Of a stretch of 64,000 bases of DNA, positions 26,701 through 41,700 are shown one piece after another. This stretch comes from Tubiluchus corallicola (taxonomy: Eukaryota; Animalia; Priapulida). Both the position numbers and the translations under genes were made by a program. Location: assembly GCA_030141605.1 (NCBI GenBank), contig JAQGDQ010000005.1:1302180-1366179 (forward strand), written 5' to 3'. The notes beneath the pieces were generated by a model, which worked only from the letters and a program-made list of their open reading frames with translations, did no database searches and had not been told where the DNA came from. How positions within the stretch are numbered: position 1 is the stretch's first letter; every line of letters starts with the position of its first letter.

Positions 26701-29700
26701 TTTGGTTCCCTGAATCATTGAAGCTTGAATATTCGAATTTGTTGCTTTTTCCGGCTAGGCTAAAGGGTACAAAACCAAAGCCACTCCGCCGAGGGCCAGC
26801 AAGTCGGTACAAAACTCTCCCAGTAACCATCGGTGAAATTGAAGAAGCGGAAGAGATGAAGAATGGAAAAAAATCTCCCAGCAGCCCTTCCAGGCCATTA
26901 GATGCGTTTAGGAAAAACTTACGCAAGGTAAACCACTAGTGGTAGCTTCTTTAAAGGTATAACTTTTTTGACAGTTGTAGTAAAATCTATCCATGCATTT
27001 ACAATGCAAACGTGCTAAGCCTTATCTTAGTGAGACACCATTAAATTTATTAAATTGAACTATGCTGAAAGCCAATTGAGTGTGACATTGGTGGTACAAT
27101 ATGGTATTTGCTTTTGTCAGCATTTCTTTTATAATTCCTGTCACCAATCAGAAAAAGTAGCTATTAAAAACTTTCAAAGTGCCTAGTTGTTCTGTATTTT
27201 GTATTGTATTCGGTGACTATTTCTAATAATATGCTACTAATGGCTTACATAGGTTGGGCAACACCCTGAACAACATCCATCGAGTGATGATAAAAATAAA
27301 GAGCAAACAATCTGTTCTGGCAATGACAATGAGGAAGAACAAGAGGACAGTTTGTGCAAAATGAGCATTGCTGACAAAATGAATTTATTTACTCGTTTTG
27401 AAAGAGAGCAGAGGCTAGGTAATGCTTGTTTCAGAGGAATTCCAAATTACCAGCATTTAACTTTGTTTTTTTAATTCAAATGCATCAAAAGCCCTACTAA
27501 TTCATTGATAATCGTCAGTACTAACATTAATGATATTCATGTAGAGAATCGGCACAAAATTTGTCTGTACTTTTTGCACTTAGTTTCCCGTGATTAATCC
27601 AGTAAAAGTTTTAGATTGTACAGTAGCATTCTTTAGGTATTTCAGTCTTTGCTTGAGAGTTGGGGGGGGGGGTAAAGTATGTTTTGTTAAATGTGAATAA
27701 AATATCTTAAATTATACTGGGCCCTGTCCCACTTTATGTAGAATAGTTTATTTTAAGTTGAAAGAAGAAATTCCTCGGTATAGTTTCCGTCTTGTCCATT
27801 TTTCCATCTAGCGTTTATTTATTATTATTGTTTACTTGTACCTTTGTTTGCCTGTTTCTATTTTGATAGGTCACTTGTTTTTTAGTTACTTTTTGTTTAT
27901 GTATTTTTTGTCAGTCCATCTTTCTGAAAATGAGAAACAATTTACACATTCCATTTGCTAATGTAACTGACCTCTGTATTTTTTATCTAGGAAAAGAGAA
28001 AATGCCTATCCCACGCCATGTACAGCGACGCATGCAGTGGAGTCGTGCTGCAACTCAACCGGTAACAGATGTAGAAGTTAAAGAAGCTTCCATGATTGCT
28101 GAGGAACTTGAGGAAAAAAGCCCTGAAAAGTTATTTGAGAAAAAATCTCGGCTACAAGGCAGTTCTAGTCTAGACTCCTCTGATACAGTGGTGCCACCAA
28201 CATCGGAAATGCCTGGTACCGTGATTAATGTCTCCCCATAAACCCTCTTTTGTAGACAGAATTGTCTGTTTTTTGTTACCAGGAATACGTAGTGTTTCTG
28301 TAAATAGTTCTACTTATTCCTGTTTTATAGACGGCCATATTTAGCAATGCAGCTAGAAATCTTTGTAGATGACTACTCACGTATTAGCTATACTAAACAT
28401 TATCTTCCTGATGCAAAAATTAGAGATTAAAAGTTTTCTATATAACACATTTTCAGTTTTCTAACCAGAACAGTTTCTGAATCTAATGCAGTAATAACAT
28501 AGATTGTAGTGTGCCTCCTCCTGTAACCAATTCTTTCTTTATTTGCTAGTTAAGATATGGTGCTGGAAGTTTTCTACTACGTATACTGACTGCATTTCAT
28601 AGTGCAAAAAGACCCCTTTTATCTAGTCACATATTGCTCAAATCAAATTTCTTCTTGCTCGTGTGACAAAAAAAGGAAAATCCTCTTAGCCATGCATTTT
28701 CAGTTGGTCATGTATTCTGTGCAAGTTGTAGAAGTACTTGGTTGCTTTGTTGTAGAATTAACTGTGATATCCCTTTTTGTATATTGATGTATTACATAAT
28801 GTATGATATGTTCTTTTATAATAACTCTTATTAACTTCGTAAATTTTTTTAGTAATCTTCATTATGTAATAAGAATTCTTTTTTGCATGTGAAATTTTGC
28901 TTGCTTACCTTTGTAATGTGTTCTCTGAAACTTTTGTGGGCATATCAAGGTTTCATTTAATAGTTTGTTTCTTTATATTTGTAGATTAGGTCTTGTTATG
29001 TTGCACATATTAAATTTATAATTTCAAAACAACATAATTCTCATACTGCTATTAACAACCACTGCATGCCTGCATGTATTCTGTTTAGTATTTATCATTT
29101 TGGCCACTTATTTCAAATTGTCCCAGAGCTATAATGTGATTCAAATTTATATCACGGTACTTCGGCAGTGTTGGCCACTTTGAAGAGAGATGATGATGGT
29201 GATATTGACAACAATGCTCAGCATCAAGATGAAGCATCACAATCGAGTTTAATGGAAAAATTGCACATGTTTACCAAAAAACCTGTTGAGAAGGACGAGC
29301 AGTATCGCCCAAGTGTACGTGCTGTACGCAGGCGGCAGTTCCGTCAATCCCGGTTTTCAACCCAGCCAGTAACAATACAAGAAGTTCAAACAGCTGTTAA
29401 ACTAAACCCGCTAGTGGCTTCGTTAATCAAGCCTCCCGATGTTGACTCACTGTCCGGTAAGTTGTACTTGTGTATTTCTGTTTGTGTGATAGTCAAAGGA
29501 AAAGCCATGGCTCCTGGAAGGAATGTCTGTCTGCTGTGTCATTTTAATAATCGAAGAAAATATCAGACAGTTGAAAACCACTAGAGTTGCGATTGTTCCC
29601 ACCAGCACGTGCTTGTTTTCTAATGAGTAATATAGCACTAATACTAATAAGGAAAAAAAGCAGCTCACATTATCAATGCAATAACGGCATTAGAAAGATA

Positions 29701-32700
29701 GTCGACATGTGACAATTCTAAGTGAACATTGAATAAGCTGCAATATAAACTCTGCAGCCAGATTCATTTGGTATGACATAACAATGATTATATTTTTTGG
29801 AATTTTTGAACAAGAATTTATATGATCGTTTATTGCGTGGTATTTTAACATTTTTCCTTTAGAGTCAGCTCTTAATGTTCAACCCTTAAGAGTTACAACA
29901 CGATACTAGAGATGCCGTTGTTTTAGAATATTTGAAGAAAAATTATGGAAGTTGATAATTCTGTTAACTTGTATTTGCAGAATTTTTCATTTTTCAGTAC
30001 ATCCGTGATATTTCTTGTCTAAATGCATCATGATTTGCTGTACATTTTGCACTATTTAAAAAAGAGTTAACATAAAAGTCCTTTTTTATACAAATTCATT
30101 TTTGCATGAAGGACACATCTCATTTATGTGCAAAATTTTCAATACCAAAACTTGTATATAACTTTCAGGAAATATCTTGCATGCATGCAACACATTATTA
30201 AAATTTTAATAAAGATTGGCATAGTGAAGGCATATAATGAACTGAGATTTTTGAACATTCATTTTCTTATATATATATTTTTAATTAAATAGGGCTTCCA
30301 ATAAATGCTGCTCGAGGAATGGCTTATAAACTAGCAAAAGATATTCTAAGTGGTAGCACAAGCAAGAAAAGTGCTGCAGATATTTCTAATCGTGAGGGTG
30401 AGGAATCTGATGCTGCTGTACAGGTTGGTGTACAAAGCAACCCAACACCTGTCAGTAAGTTAATTTCTGTAATAATTCAGTAATACACTGCTAATACTAA
30501 TAGAATTGAAAAACGATTGCAACAACATGGATTTAGAGCTAATAATGGGTCCACAGTGCTTTGCAGTTTTGTCAGTATCTGTTTATAGTCTGCTCTGACA
30601 TCTGCTAAAATAAAATTAGACTGACTGAATTCAAATCCAAATTCATGAGCATGACCTTGCTTTTCACTTGATATGATTTTGATATACGATAGTCAAAGAC
30701 AGCTTGTAATGCTGTAGTAGAAAGACGATTAACTATTTATAAGCTAGTGACATAGCAACCGATGAGTTGTTTTGGCGATGTAGGGAAATTTATCTTCTAT
30801 CGTCATGTGGCAGTATCTTCGATTGAGCAGCACTGTCGTTGAATAACACTTTTAAGTTGCAATGCGGTATTAGTTCAAAGAAGAGTAACCTGCTATATAG
30901 TACAGATATAGCATTTTTTAATTGCTTTTAGTTTAGTTTAATTTGTGGAGTGTTGTGTTTGTAAATCACCCTTTCATCATTTGAAAGTTGTAACTAAACT
31001 GCATGTTTTTGTGCTGTAAGTTACGAAATTTAGGATTGAAGTCATGCAAAATTTGCATATCAGTTTGTGTGGGGCGTGAACCATTGACACAACCACAGTT
31101 TTTTTTTCAACAATTCTTTCACTTAACTGTTACGGTACCTTACTTTTAAGCTCTTAGTGACCCACTTAGACTTACCCAAGTGGTTGTTATCTATTGTTCA
31201 AGTTTATTGAATGCTTTGCAAGAATAACTAAGGAGTCTATTTAACATTTGCTGGGTACATTAACACTGCATTGTAAAAGTCTACTTCTATGTCAAAAAAA
31301 CATTTCAGGTATCTTTAATGAAAATTTGACCTTCTTTAATACAGCCCAAAAAATAACAACCTTGTTATCTGGTCGTATTTTTCATGTTTTTTTTATTTCT
31401 TCTTTTTATCCTGTATAAGTGGTGAATTAAATATCCCTTTAAGTATTACAATGACTGAGGTACTCTGCTCTTTACATGCTTGTATTTGCTTTTAAAATGC
31501 CAACGTTGGTGACCTGTTTTACACTGAGTGAAAGCTGTTTGCTCTAAGCTTTTTAGTTTGACCCGCAAAACACACGTTGTACGAGTCAGTAGCTCAATAG
31601 CGTCTTTGGTCTGTGTTTGTATTGTTTGACTTGTTCAAAAAAAGACGGAACTATACGTAGCAGCAACATGACGATATTGACAGGTATGTGTTTCACGACT
31701 TTGTCAAATCTGACACTTGTGGTTTAATTTTGTTAATTTTTGTTTTTATACATTTGTTTGTTGTCACATAGAGAAAGAAAATTGTTAGAAAGCTATTTCC
31801 CTGAACCAAACAAAACTTTTATTACAAAGTTAATTCATTAATTTTTGAACGTTTAAATTGCAAAATAATGAAAATGCAAATTTGTAACTTCAAAACTAGC
31901 AAGCAAATATTTCAATTTTATATCATGAGCTATTATCACTGTCTTTAAAACTGACAGTAAAACACAAAATTGATATTAAAATAATTTTTGTAAACTCATA
32001 TTTACTCAAAAATATCATAGTACCATTTTAGAAATTGTTCACACATTTTCACCCAAATTTGATTATTGTATGCAGGTAATTACAGTAATCATCTTTAACT
32101 AGTTAAGATCACCTTTGAATGAATTATGCAATAAAAATTTAGATATAGCATAATTTCTGGTGTGGTACAATGATAATTTTGAGCAAATGTGAGTGTATTC
32201 AAAAATTATTTTAATATCATATTTTGTATTTTAAACACAACCATCAGTAACCCATGATATAAGGTCGAAACATTCTGGAACTTCTGTGGATGTATTTTTA
32301 AATAAATTCGTTTGAGAATTTTGAGACACTATACTTAAATGCCTGATTTTATCAAAAATATTTATCACTAGTTTAATCAATACTGATTTAATGAATTTTT
32401 AAATTAAAACTAGGATTCAAACATGTTTGATATGATCTTTGTATGTACAATTGCCACTGTTTTTTTCCTTTTTTGCATAGGTGATTAATTGAGCTTTTTT
32501 CAAAAAGATGTCTTTGTAATACCAGGATATCTTGTACATTTTAGACAAATAATTCTTATGGATTTCATAACTTTTTACTCTCTCTATATTGTACAATGCA
32601 CCAAGGTACTTGTGAGCAAATGATTAATAGCAATTTTTAATTCTCCTCTTAAATCATAAACTAATAACTGTACATATCTCCGTATGTATTTCTGATTAGT

Positions 32701-35700
32701 TTTATTTTTCCTGTAACAAACCGGACATTCACCACATTCACCCGTGGAATAAACTTGAATACTGTAAATACATGTATACAATATGGTCAATATTATATTT
32801 ATATAATGTAACCGGTTGTTTCAATCAGTGATCGAAGCTATTATTGTAATATTGCGTAATATAGATACCACAAGATCACTAGTTATTACTAAAGTGGTCA
32901 GGATGGAATTCTGCAATTATTTGGCATTAGTGTACTACTATTGTCAACATGTACACTTGCATACACGTCTACAAATTCTATGATACCACGTGATCAATTA
33001 AATCACTGCCAAAGAAACTTGTTATTACACAATTAAAGTTGTAAAGGATACAAAGTAGTCAGCAAAGGCTGCATTTCTACATCAAAGAGCCATTATTTGG
33101 CAGTTGTGCATAGTGTATAAGGAGAAACAAGATTACATGGACTTAACAAAGCAATAAAACGAAGAATGTAACTGCAGTTTAATAATATTAAATGTTATAG
33201 CCTTGGTAATACAAAAAAGAGTACATGTAGTGTGCTGAGTCTTACAAGGTCCTCTAGTTCATAAATGATATGGTATGTAACTTTAACCAGTTAAAGAATT
33301 TTCTACTGTTAAGTATTTTAATATCCAAATCTATAGCTATCAGTAGATGTCATTTTTTCTTGGTGCTCTAGCAAAACTAAATCGAGTCTGTGACGTAGTG
33401 CCAGTCTTGCCAAAGTGATTTCGACCTATTCATTGAAAATATTGGGTGCTTTAAAAGTCCCTCCCTGTTTATAAAAAAATTGTTAATTGAACCATTGGTT
33501 GCAGAGTCTATGATTCATGGGAATTTGATGGCATCAAACATGGTTTTATAATTTCAATTTACATGTAGATGCGTGTAAACACCATTTTCTTTACTGTACG
33601 TATCCATGCAGCCATTTATACATTTATTCTTAGAATCAGTGTGGTAGCAGAAGAAAAAGGCACTCAAAACTTTAAATGCAATCCATAAAATCACAAATAC
33701 GGAATATCGATTAGCATCAAACAAAATTGAAAATCAAATGAGAAACTTATAACACACTCTACATATTTCAAACCCGTGGTTTATAGAGTTACAAAATACA
33801 ATGCACTGAAGTATTTATCGCTCTAAGACTACTTTTAAATACATTATCAACTTTCTGGTTTTTCATAGCTACAAGTTTGGTCATTTTCAGTTAGACTTTT
33901 TCATCTTTTGACAAGTATGTACGTAATGAATGATAAATTAATAACACCATGAAGTTCCCAGACTGTCTATCTGCACTGAAAATAGTGAAAACTTTGCAAG
34001 CTATTGATATGGAAGTTTTAAGGTCATTAGTTTAAATTCAATGCAGCACTTTATGCCTGGTCACTTTGACAAAACTTTATTACAGTTTTATTACGGAGTG
34101 ATTTGTTATAAAACCTGTGCTGAATTTTATTGTCCTGGTAATAACTTGCTACATATTATGGCAGTGCTGAGAAGTGGTACTAAGAAGTTCTCAAATGAAT
34201 TTATGCACAAAATGAATGTTGCAGATTTTCAACATGTTAACTAACAGGATGTAGTAGTTTGTTCAATTTGCCCTAGATAACAGGTGTCAAAAATAAACGT
34301 TTTTGCAATTGCAGTTTATAGTTCTGAAATTGAATTATGTTACCGAGTTTTCTAGATGTAGTACTTAATATTAACATTATTTATCTCTTCACATCAGCAA
34401 AGATAGCAGACTGGTTACAGCTTAACCCCCCCCCCCCCCATAGCTATGTTGAGATCTTACAAAGCTAATTTCATATGAGTAAGAAAGTAAATTTAATAAA
34501 ATACAATGTATATTTTCTATCATAGATCTTTTTCAATGATTTTATTTTGGCAACCTAATAAAATTTTTCTACTTGTATTTATTTTTGTATGTTCCTTTCA
34601 GATAATTTGATTTGACTTGGGTCTGTTTGTAATTGATATCAATTTGATTTGTTTAAACTACGTGTTATTAATGGCATTTTCTTCCAAACTCGGATGTGAT
34701 TGAACTGATTGGAAATAATGAATTGCAGCATTGCAGCGTTTCATCATTTGAAAGACGTTAAAAAAATTTTTGCATTGAAGCCTAACTGTTTCGGTAAATT
34801 GTTTTGAAAACAGTCATAGAATATCTCTGCACATCTGTCATTGGCTTCACACGTCTTTATGCGACTTTTGTATTTTACACCGTCTTCTGACAAATTTTAT
34901 AAATGTATGTAACTTCAGAATGTCAATTTTCTGAGTACCGAATCAACGTGTGTGAATGAAGTCCGTAATTTCATTGCAAAAACTTCATGGCTTTGAAATA
35001 CGTGTCATATCATTAAGAGTTGTCAGAACACGTGTGCAGAAGCCAGTCGTCCAGGACAAGCAGTGTAACGCCATTCGAAAACGTGTTTCGTCCCTTTCAA
35101 ATGAGTCATTAATTAATTATTTGTGATTATGTTAAAGTTAAAAAACAATAGTTTTAATTTCCCAATTTGAGCAGAACACTTTGCATCTGCATTGCATTAG
35201 TTCGATGAGGGTGGGTTTGTTACTTGCACGTGCATATGTGAGCACCTGAAACTCATTAGCGTTAGTTCAAGGAGTCAGGGCAGCAGTCTGCTGGTAGCTG
35301 AACTAAGCCACCGTTTCCTCTGCATCCAAGCGTTACATCATTAAACTGATATGCGCGGGAGCTAGTACTGGTTTAGCCCCTGTGCTGCGGGCATGCCTTC
35401 AGAGTTTCAGTTGAATATTGGCGTGTTAACAAAGTCATCGTACAGTATAGAGCTCACCGTGTTGATTGCAGGGATTACGCAGTATTATAATCAATTGTAA
35501 TTTGTAAGTGTCTGTTGCGCGCAGTTGAAGTGTACATTAAATTTGTTCAGGATTTTATTGATTTATGGCTTGTGGTCTTTGGTTATTCGCCGTCGATGTG
35601 ATGTAAAAGGTGATTTAGTCTTGTTTACAAACGACATTTCCACCTGTCATGTGGGATAGGCTCATTTCCTACTTTTTGAGCCTAACCTGCTTGTGTTTCT

Positions 35701-38700
35701 CGCTGTATTTGCGGGTGTCATGTGGTTACGATGTTTTTTGTTCACACCGTTGATAACCTTCGTCTGAAGTTATTTTCACGTGTAAATGCCATTAGAACTT
35801 ATTTACTTAGAGGCGGGTGAAACTAGAAGATTTGCTTATGCTAATTTTCTGTTGACTGGAGGTTGTGTTACCTTTGGGCGCTACTGCTTTATTTCAAGGA
35901 CACAACGTTAAGGCTGTAGTTTCAGTTGTTTGTTTTTCCTGTTTAATTTTGTTGTACAATCCGGATTTACTGTAATAATTTTGTGCTTTTGTGATAATTG
36001 TCGTCAAACCGCGTGCAGTAAAATTTATATAGCTTACGTCGGTTTTTGTTGTACAGCAAAAAGTTTATCCAATACTAAGTACACGAAGTTTATTATAAAA
36101 TACGATTTTAGTCACTTTTTTCTTTCCAATGGAAATGAGTTTGTTTTGCATTTGTCAGCTACTTTTACAGGTTATGTCCTAAAAAGGATAGAAGATACTA
36201 GATGTCCATTACTGAAATGAATTAGGTAAAATAATTCACGCTTAAAGCAAATTGATTAACCTGATCTAAAAGCTAGAAAAAGTTGTGTTCAAAATACGTT
36301 AAACACTATTTAAAATTAACCTTTCCTACATAGCGAGCCTAAATCCGCATTCTGCAAAGTTATTGTGGCGCTTTGGTGAAGCAGTTTCAGCCAGCATTTG
36401 AACTTGTACCAGATAAAATAAGCTTGTGCCAAGTTTAAAGCCGAGTTTACATTACACCCAACCTTAATGCTCTGAATAGATTCTCCACCAGGCAGCCATT
36501 GAGCCAAGGCCGCCCAAAAACAACATTGCGATGCACATTTCGCTGTTCTTGTAAGACAACCTTGCTTGAAATACAGTTGAATTCCATCGCTAATGAATTG
36601 CTTCCTGGATGCGAGGTTGAGTTACCACTTCTGCACAAACAATAAGCAAGATAGGCTATCAAGAATATTCAGAATTCACAATTATAGTTTGAGTTGGAAA
36701 CTTGTATACATCAGTATGTTCACATTATCACTCACAAGTTCACGAAATTGCAGGCATTTTCCAGAAGAGTGCAATTTTTGCACATGTATGGTGTACGACT
36801 CTTTCACAACCTGGTAAAACTAAATGGCTACTACTGTTTTATTTTACTACAGGGAATCTGCTGTTTCAAAGCTCTTATTAGTTCTGTACATTTTATGTGA
36901 CACTTTCAGTAATGTGTAGTATTGAAATTAGCTGGAAGTTTCATGCTTTAGTTTAACTGTTAAAAAGCCTGTAATTTTTGTAGCAGCATTCACAAGTTGT
37001 GTAAAGCATTTAGAAATCTAGAAACGCAGCTTAAAGCAGTTTCTACCAATGCAGTGAACCTAGACAACGGTGTTTGCTAGAACTTTGCGTTTAAATTGGT
37101 TTCTGTTAGCAACTCGATTTTGAAAATGTCTGAGCTTTTATGCTGGTCGGGGCTACAAAGACAAAATGACGGTGAAATACACTGGCACTAAAAATGTAAG
37201 CGTATTAGAGTAATGTAATATAGTGTTAAAAAAACTCTGAAAGTCGTGCAAATGTGGATTGATAGATCTTGAGCTGATTACTTACTTTGCCCAAGTTCTC
37301 TGACTAATGTTCTCAAAATATAATACTTCGTTAATTACGGTCATTAGTGCATTTTTTATTATTTTCTGCTCACAGCCTTGCAGACATTTACTGCTTTATC
37401 AGCTGTCAGCTTGTTAAAATTTGAGCGAGTTTTCAGCTGTTGGGAGGAATGTAAAGTTAATATTTTTACAAGCGGACTCCATAGCTTTATGATGAGTTAT
37501 GAAAAATTAATGGTACAGTGAGATTTGTGCAACATTACCTTAATTGCCCCTTTTTCTCCTGAAGGGAAGTAATTTACATGGCGAGCAGTATTGACCGTTA
37601 ATGTTTAGGTGACTCATTTCACTCACATGGGTAGCAGAGTGACTCAGCTTGCTGCAATGGTATCAGTTGAGGAACAAAAGAGAGCGCAACATCTCTTTGT
37701 TTACAACATGCTATGTCTATGTTTGTTGTAGCTATCATGTGCTAATATTAAAATGTAATTGGTAGTGATTTTGAAACAAATAATTTTTTTTAATTTAGCG
37801 CTGCAGATATTTCCTTATCTTTAATCCTTTTTTATTGCTTTCAGGGATATTGAGGGATAAAGAAGAAGTGTCATTGGAAGTAGACATAAAATATAAAAGT
37901 GACAAAGAAGACTGTGATGTTGATTTGCTTGGAAAGCCTGAGAAAAAAGATTCTGTAGATCCAACTGAAGCACCACCGGATATTCAATCACAAACTAAAG
38001 TATGACTAGTTTTGCTTTTTTACATGTGCTACTCTTGAAAAGTCCAAAAATCTGCTGTTGTGAATATTTTTGGTAAATTGAATTTTCAAATAAGTTTCAA
38101 AAATTTTAGGCTATCTTGAATATAAATGTTTTTTCATCAAGCTAGCCGAAAGTGAAGAATGAACAAATTAACCATTAATCTTTACACATGTTTTCATAAA
38201 TGTGTTTACTTTAACAGGTCGATTCAAACACTGTTCACAAGAGGCATACAAATGGAATGACCAAACATTTACAGCCAAGGTATACCTTGCTATGTGTCTC
38301 TGGGTTTTCTAATTTTGGCAATTTACTGTGCTACTTTGTCCATGAAGTGTAACTTGTACTCTTGTAAATTATATAACCTACAAGTGTAGTTGTTATTAAT
38401 CTGTTGCTTGAGGCATGCGAATAACATTTAGTTTAATTGGAAAGGTAGCACCATAGCATGTAGTGGCCACCCTTTTTTGCAAAGTGTGAGTTGTGAATGA
38501 ATGTTCGTTTTAATACTAGCTGATGTACTTGGTCCTACGATTGATTGGTTGTTTGCTAAACTGGCCACCGTTTTCAGCAATTTTATATTTTAAAATTAGT
38601 GCTGTCTATAGCCAAAGATGGAAAATTTTTGATAAAATGAGTTGTAAAGAAGATTAAAGGCAAGTAATTAAGTGAACTCCTGGGGTGTCCCATTCCTCTT

Positions 38701-41700
38701 ATGAACAGCAAGCAGTTTAGCTTCGTATTTCTTACATTTTTTGAGGCATATGATGTGTAGTGATTATAAATACATTTTCCAATATTTCGTGACATCAGTG
38801 CAGTCACTGTGTAATTTGTCATGGACCGTAATTAACTAATTAACTGGGTTAGCTCACTAATTAAACTAGGTTTGAGAGTACTGCTGCTGCTGGTCTGGTG
38901 TGCAATGCAACCAACTTTCTCTGACAAAAATGTTCACATGTGTATATGTATATATGTGTCTTACGTAATACTCTCAGACCTGTCAACAAGTTCGACACAA
39001 AATAAACATGAGTATGCTTTACAATGTCAATTTGCTTGAGATGGTCAATTAAACTACATGTACTACACTGTCAATTCCAATACATGTATGTTAAACACTT
39101 AATCCATTTGTATTTTTGTGTGCGTTTCTTAATTTAACGCAAGTTATTATAGGTTAACAGTGATTGGCCTATTTAGTCCCCACCAACTATGTGGTTTAAG
39201 CAAGCCTTACAATAAAAACAACCTAAGGCAGAGAACTTGTTAAAAACTGGAAAATCATCAATTTGTGTCATAGTGATTGGTTTTAAATGTTTAGTTAAGC
39301 CGGTTAGTCAGCGAACTGATAACTAGTTTCCAACATTGAAACGTGATGTGTGAGTGGGCTATCTGTAGCTACTAGTCCTTCCAAAACGTCCTTCAGTAAC
39401 TTCAAACCAATTAATAATGTCTGCTTTAATGCTGAATTCATTAGGTCATTTCCTTAAGAAATATTTCTTGATATTTGGGAAATATTTTAGGATGAATAGT
39501 GCTTAAGTAAGCTTTTGTGCCTCAGCTTTGGTCATATTTTAAATACCTTTTATGATGTGTTTTTAATATTTTTTTTTAAATACCATTTTGTTTCACAACA
39601 TAGTTTTGTTATCAGAGGCATAATTTTATGTTGGTCACATTTATAATGAATAATTGTTTTATCCAGATGACAAACTGACAAATAAGCTCAATTTTTTTAT
39701 TTTTCTTGGCTCTCTTGAATACTCTGACAGTTTTCTCTCTTATATGTACAGCATAAGGCTATTTATAGGTTAATATCTGCCATTGTCTTCACTGTCTACT
39801 AATCACCTGTAAACTACATTTGTGCTATGTTTATAGGTTGTGGTCATATTTGCCTCATCTAATCCTTACCAATGCCATAATTTGGCTGGATTACAGCATA
39901 ATTAATGTAATAATATTTATTCACCTGTAATTATTGTACGTGATTTAATTCGGATTAAAGTGTAGCTCACTCACCTGTTTCATAAAGCTAGGCAAAAAGA
40001 TTTGATTTTAAACTCCTCTGTAAATGCAATGTGTGTCATCTGATAAGCCTGCTATTGTATTCGTGTTTGACTGTGTCCATTAATCCACAGTTACTCCATA
40101 TTCTTTGTGTTTGTCATGGTTCGTCTTATCCAGGGCTTGGCTTTTGCAAGTGAAACTTTCACTTATTAAAACTGCCTTTACTCCCAGCTGTTTAATATTT
40201 CTTTGATTTAATTAATTAGTTTGATATGTAATTTAGAACAAGTCCCAAAGAGAGAGTATACAGTTCTAAATTTTGGTCTGCCCGTGTTTACTTTGCGCTG
40301 TTTAATATTTGCAAGCGCTTTAATTGATTAGTTTGGTATGTAATTTAGAACAAGTCCCAAAGAGAGTATGCAGTGCCAAAATTTGCTCTGCCTGTGTTTC
40401 CTTTGCACTGTTTAATTTTTGCAAGTCTTTGATTTAATTGTTTCGTTTGATATGTAATTAAAACAAGTCTCGAAGAAAGTGTATAGTCCCAAAATTTCCT
40501 CTACCCGTGTTGCTTTTTCCATGATTTTATAGCTTTTTTGTGTCTTTCTGTGTGTAAAATAATTGTGTCATGTATATTTACTTAATGTTTTATACTTGGG
40601 TAAATAAAATAAACATTCAAAATAAGGTATTATTTCGCAAAAACCTTGAAATGCCTATGTTGCATGTGCCAGATATTTGTAATTGAAATAACAGGTTTTA
40701 CCAGTTATTTTAATAAATGACGGAAAAATTGTTTACAGTGATCAGTAATCAAGTACTTGATTTCTGTGCTATCTAAATCTGTTCCGGACAAACAGAATTT
40801 AATTTACCCGGAAACTAGCAATCATAGTTTAGATGAGGGTGAAGTAATCAGAAGTCTATGGCAGAAGTCAAATTTACTTGATTTCTTGCATTTCTGGAAT
40901 TTGCAAACTCCATGAATGTACCAGAAAACATATTATTCTGAAAGTTCACAAGCAGAAGCACTTCTGTTACAGCAATAAATTTATTGAAGAAATTCCACAA
41001 AATCCTTAAACTGAGTGCGAGTAACTTCCTGGTTCTATGTGTAGAGTTCAGTATTGATCAAACTAGTTAAAAACTGGACCTAGGCTTTTAGACCAAATAC
41101 TTGTCCTTGTTTCTGGTGAGCTAGAAACTAGCTGTTACTATTTATAAAATGATGCACGCCACTCTTATTTATAAATTACACATTCATTGTAATAGTTAAT
41201 GCTTAAAAGTTTAATTTCTGTTTGATATAGAAATATAAACTGCTAAATTTAGTTGCTTTGAAGCTTTTCGACAAGCACTGATTTTACTTAAAATTTCAGT
41301 TTTGCAGTAATTTTTTGATGTGGATATTCAGAAATGTGTACAGGATATAATGGTCACTGTAGTGTTTATTCAGTATGTATGGTATTTACACATTTAAATG
41401 GTAAATATACGTCAACATATGTAAATAATGACGCATCGTAGCTATAGATAGTACCACATACAAGTACTTTAAGTGTGGTTGTGTTTAATAGATGAAATGG
41501 TCTGGTAACGCACCTTGTTATTAATGTAAACTTTGTACCTTGGATTTACCTTGTGTCTTTGTCATTACTTGTTATAGTTTATAAACATAAGGCACTTCCT
41601 AGGTGATGAGATGCTAAAATTCTGATTGGTACATAGATGCGTGGATGATCATGTGATCATTATTACTGATAATGTTTGACTATTTGTGAACTGTGTATGG

